Source: an uncultured Candidatus Saccharibacteria bacterium
Lineage (GTDB): Bacteria > Patescibacteriota > Minisyncoccia > Phycocordibacterales > SBAW01
DNA length: 64,000 nt
Assembly: GCA_964459335.1 (NCBI GenBank)
Contig: CAYWJX010000001.1
Coordinates: 33,642 to 97,641 of the forward strand
Reading direction: 5' to 3'
Of the stretch, positions 59,276-64,000 are shown piece by piece (position 1 is the first letter of the stretch; each line of letters opens with the position of its first letter). Below the pieces are notes generated by a model. That model searched no databases, had not been told where the DNA came from, and worked only from the letters and a program-made list of their open reading frames with translations. The position numbers and the translations under genes were made by a program.

Positions 59276-59836
59276 ATGGAGGGAACGATGAAGAAGAGGT
59301 GGTTCAAAGGAAAACGGAAGATTGTGACCTTAATCGGCATGCCTACTGCACGCAAGACCAGCATTGGCCGCTTGGTTGCAGAAGAGCTCGGATGCGCCTT
59401 CGCCGACATCGACGACCGCATCATAGACCATTTTCGAGTAAGCGGAGTGCAGGAGGTGGTCGACCGTCTTTCGGCAAAAGATTTTGCTCTTGCCGAGGAG
59501 TCAATCGCGATACTGACGGCAATGACCTTGCCGTCACCGGGGATTATTGCAACCGGCGGCAGCGTGGCCTGCTGCAAAAAAGCCATGAAGTACCTCAAAA
59601 AAATCTCGCGTGTTGTACGTCTACACGCCTCGCTCAAGAAGATCACAGAAAGGATCGCGAAGCACCCGAACCGCGGCATTACCTTCAAAAAGGGCGAGAC
59701 TCTTCCCGATTTGTACAAGAGGCGCAAGCCTCTCTACAAAAAGTGGGCGGACGAAACATTGTCGTCCAATGGCAATCGAGCAAAAGTTGCTCGAAAGCTC
59801 AAAAAGAAGCTCATCAGTCAAGGATTCGTCTCATAG
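59276..59836 (+). CDS. aroK: Shikimate-kinase-like protein with a degenerate P-loop
   Basis: IVTLIGMPTARKTSIGRLVAEELGCAFADID aligns with the shikimate-kinase pattern I recall (IVLIGMPGAGKSTIGRLLA..LG..F.D.D), but the Walker A is GMPTARKTS rather than GxxGxGKST. Confidence 0.6.
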   Translation: MEGTMKKRWFKGKRKIVTLIGMPTARKTSIGRLVAEELGCAFADIDDRIIDHFRVSGVQEVVDRLSAKDFALAEESIAILTAMTLPSPGIIATGGSVACCKKAMKYLKKISRVVRLHASLKKITERIAKHPNRGITFKKGETLPDLYKRRKPLYKKWADETLSSNGNRAKVARKLKKKLISQGFVS

Positions 59837-59846
59837 ACACACCGAC

Positions 59847-59888
59847 CCCCGTCGCGGCTTAAGCCGCGACGGGGATTTTATTTTTATT
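59847..59888 (+). terminator. Rho-independent terminator
   Basis: Perfect 12-bp stem ccccgtcgcggc-ttaa-gccgcgacgggg followed by attttatttttattt. Confidence 0.7.
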
Positions 59889-60514
59889 TACTGCGTAAAC
59901 GTAAACGAATTTTGGAACGCCGTGTAATCACTTTGTGACAACCCATAGGCACTCACCACGTAGGTGTTGTGATTATGCGTGGTGATGAGCACATTTCCCG
60001 ATGTCGGCGCCCCCATAAACGGCACCACGACCGAAGCAGAAATCGCGGCATTACCCAAAAACTGCGACTGCGGCTCCGCCGTGACTTTGGTCCCCGGATA
60101 TTTGGAGTTGATTATCGTACCAAACATCTGTAGCGCGCCGGTCAGATAATTGCTCGAAAATTGGTAAGTCGCCGGATAATGGAAGACCACGATCATATAC
60201 AGTACCCCCTTCCCATTTGCCGAGGACACGAATGTATAATCCGTTTCCGAAATCGAGCCGGCGGATGGTGATGTAATCGTTTTCGTATTCGCTTGTGGAG
60301 TCCCCGGCAAGTTTACCGAGAAGCCGCCGTCAGACGACGTATAGAGACTTGCGGATGCAGGTGTCGGTTGCCCGGGTTGTGTTTGGGTAGTTGCGCCGGT
60401 TTGTGCCGACTGTGGCTGTGGTGTTTGAGAAGCACCATGACTCCCCAACATAAAGAACGCGGCAATTAAAACAACGGCAACTACAACAACGGCAATGATA
60501 GTATTTTTGTTCAT
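59888..60514 (-). CDS. Hypothetical secreted protein (208 aa)
   Basis: N-terminal TM/signal helix, then a Gln/Thr/Pro-rich linker and a beta-rich domain. Confidence 0.45.
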   Translation of the reverse strand: MNKNTIIAVVVVAVVLIAAFFMLGSHGASQTPQPQSAQTGATTQTQPGQPTPASASLYTSSDGGFSVNLPGTPQANTKTITSPSAGSISETDYTFVSSANGKGVLYMIVVFHYPATYQFSSNYLTGALQMFGTIINSKYPGTKVTAEPQSQFLGNAAISASVVVPFMGAPTSGNVLITTHNHNTYVVSAYGLSQSDYTAFQNSFTFTQ

Positions 60515-60588
60515 AGATTTTTATTAAAAAACTTTTAAAAACTTAAACATTTCGATCTCTGCAATTATATACCTATATATACTTATCA

Positions 60589-60987
60589 CTATTTCTTATT
60601 CATTACCGTGACGGTGAGTTGGAGCACCGAGGCAAAGCTTACCCACGCCAGATATGGCAGGTTGATATACGCAACCCATGGCACGAGCGGCAGCACCGCA
60701 AGCAACGCCCACACCAAAGTCACCCACACCGCCAGCACATCCAAGGCCGCGAGTGTAAAATTGTGCCAACGGAACTGAATAGTGGTAAACAGAGCATTAA
60801 AAATAAGGTTGAGCGCAAATGGAAGCTCAACACTCGCGGAAAGAACGCCCGTGGCCCACATATAGCCGACATAGCCAAACGATATCGCTATCAGGATATA
60901 CAGCACGGTCCATACCGGGCCAAAAGCCCACGCCGGAGGCGCCCACGAGGGTTTTTTGTACGAGCGATATTGAGAATACGTGCGCAT
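60589..60987 (-). CDS. tspO: TspO/MBR family tryptophan-rich sensory protein (short form)
   Basis: PSWAPPAWAFGPVWTVLYILIAISFGYV is the TspO N-terminal signature. The protein is Trp-rich. Confidence 0.75.
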   Translation of the reverse strand: MRTYSQYRSYKKPSWAPPAWAFGPVWTVLYILIAISFGYVGYMWATGVLSASVELPFALNLIFNALFTTIQFRWHNFTLAALDVLAVWVTLVWALLAVLPLVPWVAYINLPYLAWVSFASVLQLTVTVMNKK

Positions 60988-61090
60988 GTGAGTAAGTATA
61001 TCTCACTGCGGGTCGATGTTGGAACCATTGTCGCAAAAGAAAAAGCCGCCCACACTCCAGTTGGAGGGAGCGGCCAAAACGCGGTGGTCT

Positions 61091-61333
61091 TTACTGCTTC
61101 TTCTTCGCGAAGGGGGCAAAAATCCATGCAACGCCCGCGTACGAAATCGCGAAGAGCGTTAGCAGGGACAGGGCAACCTTCCACCGCGGGGCATCTTGCA
61201 GGACCTCCCACACCACCTGTTTTGATTGGTCCCACGTAAGACCGCCGAGGTGGTAGGTGTAGTCGGCGAGCGAGTAGAACGATGACACGGCCAACATCAC
61301 AAAAAAGGCCAAGCAAGCAAGAATGAAGCGCAT
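61091..61333 (-). CDS. Small hypothetical membrane protein (80 aa)
   Basis: Two TM helices. Confidence 0.4.
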   Translation of the reverse strand: MRFILACLAFFVMLAVSSFYSLADYTYHLGGLTWDQSKQVVWEVLQDAPRWKVALSLLTLFAISYAGVAWIFAPFAKKKQ

Positions 61334-61454
61334 GGGATTCTCCCGTATTAGTCCGAATATATAATAAATACAAACGTATTAAAAGTCAATAGCTGGCCGT
61401 CTGGGACGATATCCGAACTATTTTAAGCCATTAATTGAGTGTTTTGAGACTTTT

Positions 61455-61895
61455 CTAATTGCTCATCAATGATTTAAAGAGCGTATTATACTCGTCTGCA
61501 GTTATTTGTGTAGATGAAGCTTCATCGCTTGAGTACTCTTGATAGAGATCATTGATTTGACCAAGGACTGTATCATCTTCTAAAACGATTGTATTCTCAT
61601 AAATATTGTAAAGGAAATTGCTATATGCAATTCCTGTAGTTGTATTGTTCCAATCTTCTGTCATCGTGGCGTAACAATTTCCATCTTGTGTGTTGTAGTG
61701 ATCGAAGTAGTCAGGACTAATTTGATACTTGATTGTCGCCATAGTTTGCACTTGTTGGTCGTGCCAGCTTTTTGCCGCTGTTGAACATTCAACTGACATT
61801 TCCTGTTCGTGAGTGGTTTTGATGTAATTTAAGTATAAAAATCCAACTAGAGCCAAAACGATGATGCTACCAGAAATGACAAGTGAGGATTTCAT
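61455..61895 (-). CDS. Hypothetical secreted protein (146 aa) in an AT-rich segment
   Basis: N-terminal signal/TM helix. Codon usage is AT-rich, unlike the bulk of the window. Confidence 0.4.
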   Translation of the reverse strand: MKSSLVISGSIIVLALVGFLYLNYIKTTHEQEMSVECSTAAKSWHDQQVQTMATIKYQISPDYFDHYNTQDGNCYATMTEDWNNTTTGIAYSNFLYNIYENTIVLEDDTVLGQINDLYQEYSSDEASSTQITADEYNTLFKSLMSN

Positions 61896-61975
61896 GATTG
61901 GTCTTTATTAATATAGCTTAAATATTAGCACTTAGCATTGATTGGCCGTCTAGGATGATATCTGAACGGCTTTGC

Positions 61976-62509
61976 TCACTCTTTAGGCATCAGAGAAGCG
62001 ACGTAATCATCAAAGTCTTTTTTAGCTCTATCGTACTCAAAAGGATCACCCCCGATCTTCATTTTTTCATTGGCCTCATTTGCTCTCTTCGACAGTTCCA
62101 TTATCTTCTGTGTTTCGTCGAGTGTCACACCTACACCAAGCTTCAAGCGAGTAAGCTTTTCAATAAATGAATCCATTTCACCCTCACTTAGAGGTTTGTT
62201 TAATATGGATATTTCTCTGGTTATTTCCTTACGCCACTTAGGTTCAACATCTTTTTCGCTATTGATCCAATTCGTCAGTCCCTCTTTTTGACTTTTTAAA
62301 ATTATGTCTGTTTCGAACCGCGAATTAACAAAAGCGGCCTTTTTTTCGCCAAATAGTTCGGAAAAAACTTTTAGGCGTTGTTCACTATTCATGTTAAAAA
62401 TCGAGTCAAAATCTAGACCCAACAATTGCGCAGCTTCTTGTTTGGTTAGACAATCCTCAATTGCAATAATTGGACTGCCCTTTTTAAACCAGTTAAATGT
62501 GATTTTCAT
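61976..62509 (-). CDS. Hypothetical protein (177 aa), AT-rich
   Basis: An ORF only. It lies directly downstream of the nuclease-like gene on the same strand. Confidence 0.4.
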   Translation of the reverse strand: MKITFNWFKKGSPIIAIEDCLTKQEAAQLLGLDFDSIFNMNSEQRLKVFSELFGEKKAAFVNSRFETDIILKSQKEGLTNWINSEKDVEPKWRKEITREISILNKPLSEGEMDSFIEKLTRLKLGVGVTLDETQKIMELSKRANEANEKMKIGGDPFEYDRAKKDFDDYVASLMPKE

Positions 62510-62514
62510 TTTCT

Positions 62515-62955
62515 TTAGGGTTTTTGAGTTACTTCTTCAGGGACTCGATATTCATGCCAACGCACCCTTTTCTCATTTACGACATCGCGTAATTTTCTTT
62601 GATTGGGGTTGAGTTGAGAGTTTCCGGATTTTATTTCAACAAAGACAACTTCGCTTATATCTTGCTCATCCATTCCTTTGAAGATAATAAAGTCAATCGG
62701 TTTTCCTATAAACCGTGCCTCGGAAGCTTTTAAATCTAATGGAAAATCAGGAAGGAACGGAGCAACCTGTTCAGAGATTAAACCTCCTAGAATTGACCTA
62801 GATTTTTTCTGACCACGTTTCCACAATTCTGATTCATTCGCTTTGCCGTAGAAAAAACCAATAAAAAATACTAAAGTTCCAGCGATAATCAAAATCACTA
62901 TGACTATCAAAAGCCAAGAAAGTCCGAAAACAAGAGGGTTTAAATTGAGTACCAT
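62515..62955 (-). CDS. Membrane-anchored PD-(D/E)xK-fold nuclease-like protein (Hjc/NucS-like core), tentative
   Basis: Two N-terminal TM helices, then ...PIDFIIFKGMDEQDISEVVFVEIKSGNSQLNPNQRKLRDVV, which has the D...(E/Q)xK arrangement of restriction-endonuclease-fold enzymes. Confidence 0.45.
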   Translation of the reverse strand: MVLNLNPLVFGLSWLLIVIVILIIAGTLVFFIGFFYGKANESELWKRGQKKSRSILGGLISEQVAPFLPDFPLDLKASEARFIGKPIDFIIFKGMDEQDISEVVFVEIKSGNSQLNPNQRKLRDVVNEKRVRWHEYRVPEEVTQKP

Positions 62956-63018
62956 ACGCTGTTGTAACCATTATGCAATCATGCTATGGTGTTGTCCAGA
63001 TAAGACAGAGAGGCCAAA

Positions 63019-63255
63019 ATGGCAAACTTCGATGAAGCAACCGAGCAGACACATCCTCTGCTCGATCAGTACAAGAAAGCATGGACGACCATTTACGATC
63101 CCGCCAAAGTTGCGGAGCTGAAATTGAAACTCAAAAAGCAGGTAGCCCAGCTCCCCTTGCAACATCCCGAGCTTGTGGAATATTTTGAGAGCCAATGTTG
63201 GCAAATTGAACAACGCTGGGCTCGGCCACAAGAAAAAGACCACTCGGTCAATTGA
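63019..63255 (+). CDS. Small hypothetical protein (78 aa)
   Basis: An ORF only. Confidence 0.3.
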   Translation: MANFDEATEQTHPLLDQYKKAWTTIYDPAKVAELKLKLKKQVAQLPLQHPELVEYFESQCWQIEQRWARPQEKDHSVN

Positions 63256-63355
63256 TACCTCAACGAACGGAAGCCCACCATGGTGGGCTTTTTATTTTTG
63301 TACAAGTTCCAACCATCTTAATCCCTTATCTAAAAAATTCTTATGTCTTAACGAG

Positions 63356-63426
63356 CTGCCCGACAGGGATTCGAACCCCAATTAATGGCTTCAAAGGCCA
63401 CTGTCCTACCATTAGACGATCGGGCA
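63356..63426 (-). tRNA. tRNA-Gln (anticodon TTG), no encoded CCA
   Basis: The reverse complement TGCCCGATCGTCTAATGGTAGGACAGTGGCCTTTGAAGCCATTAATTGGGGTTCGAATCCCTGTCGGGCAG has a 7-bp acceptor, U8, D-stem GTCT/GGAC, anticodon loop CTTTGAA and T-loop TTCGAAT. Confidence 0.75.
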
Positions 63427-63497
63427 ATACTCAAAAGAGTACACTTTTTAAGGACTTTTTTCCACTCCCCCAGTTTGGCAAAATGATATAGTAATTT

Positions 63498-64000
63498 TAT
63501 GGATATAAAAATTGTTTCCTGGAACATCTGGTGTGATGGTCACTTTGACCAAATCGCAGAGTTTCTTAAAGGTTGCAACGCGGATATTATCGGCCTGCAA
63601 GAGGTGCTCTCCCACAGCAAGCAAATACCGGTTGTTGATTTACTGACATCGCTCGGCTATACGCATGCCTATGGGCAGGCGTTTACCATGTCGCTCGCCA
63701 ATGGCAAGACTGAAGAAATGGGCAATGCGGTATTTAGCAAATATCCGATTGTAGGCAGCACAGTTCATGCGCTGTCTGAAGAAAAGAAGCGTATTGCCGT
63801 GCAAGCTGATATTAATGTGTCAGGAACAGTATTGCATGTGTTTTCTACGCATTTGGTACACAGCCATCAGCAGCCTTCAGAGATCCAAGAGTTGCAGGCG
63901 GAGACTCTCATAAAAGCGCTTCCAAAAGAAAAGACGATTGTCATGGGAGATTTTAATGCAACCCCCGATAGCAATGCGGTAAAACAAATGAGGAGCGCAC
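63498..64000 (+). CDS. Endonuclease/exonuclease/phosphatase (EEP) family protein, 3' truncated by the window edge
   Basis: MDIKIVSWNIWCDGHF...IIGLQEV...VMGDFNATPDS are the EEP motifs (catalytic N, E and D residues). Confidence 0.75.

Overview
This 64 kb window looks like a small-genome bacterium, probably CPR/Patescibacteria-like; that assignment is inferred from gene content and the many hypothetical membrane proteins. Genes are dense and mostly on the minus strand. Core content: mnmA (partial), mltG, leuS, ychF, a complete F-type ATP synthase operon (atpBEFHAGDC), ddl, uvrC, uvrA, uvrB, tgt, an FKBP isomerase, a purC-like gene, msrA, a VKOR-family protein, rarA, an ECF sigma / anti-sigma pair followed by a MacAB-like efflux module (HlyD adaptor, ABC ATPase, FtsX permease), two further ABC transporter pairs, rlmB, an ICMT-family methyltransferase, a shikimate-kinase-like gene and TspO. 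There are six tRNAs (Ala-GGC, Ala-CGC, Pro-CGG, Val-CAC, Ala-TGC, Gln-TTG) and no rRNA or CRISPR array. Three things stand out. First, a family of about 64-75 bp hairpin elements has a conserved 16-nt loop core (ttggcagctcgcagcg) and copy-specific inverted-repeat stems. It is inserted frame-preservingly, and appears to be translated, in uvrC, uvrB (twice, as an inverted REPIN-like doublet) and tgt, with two more copies intergenic. Second, an IS200/IS605-type HUH (Y1) transposase gene sits between uvrB and tgt and carries four copies of a different 21-27 bp palindrome (cttgggagtt.aactcccaag) inside and flanking its ORF, translated as LGSLTPK. Third, a putative integrated island lies next to a tRNA cluster. 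It holds a large serine recombinase whose 3' end reads through tRNA-Ala(TGC), a tyrosine recombinase, a DUF488 gene, a frameshifted superinfection-immunity-like gene, and an 872-aa Rad50/RloC-like AAA ATPase with a CxxC zinc hook followed by a gamma-glutamyl-cyclotransferase-like gene. That ATPase-cyclotransferase pair is a candidate uncharacterised defence or abortive-infection module. Coordinates for minus-strand CDS include the stop codon at the low end.
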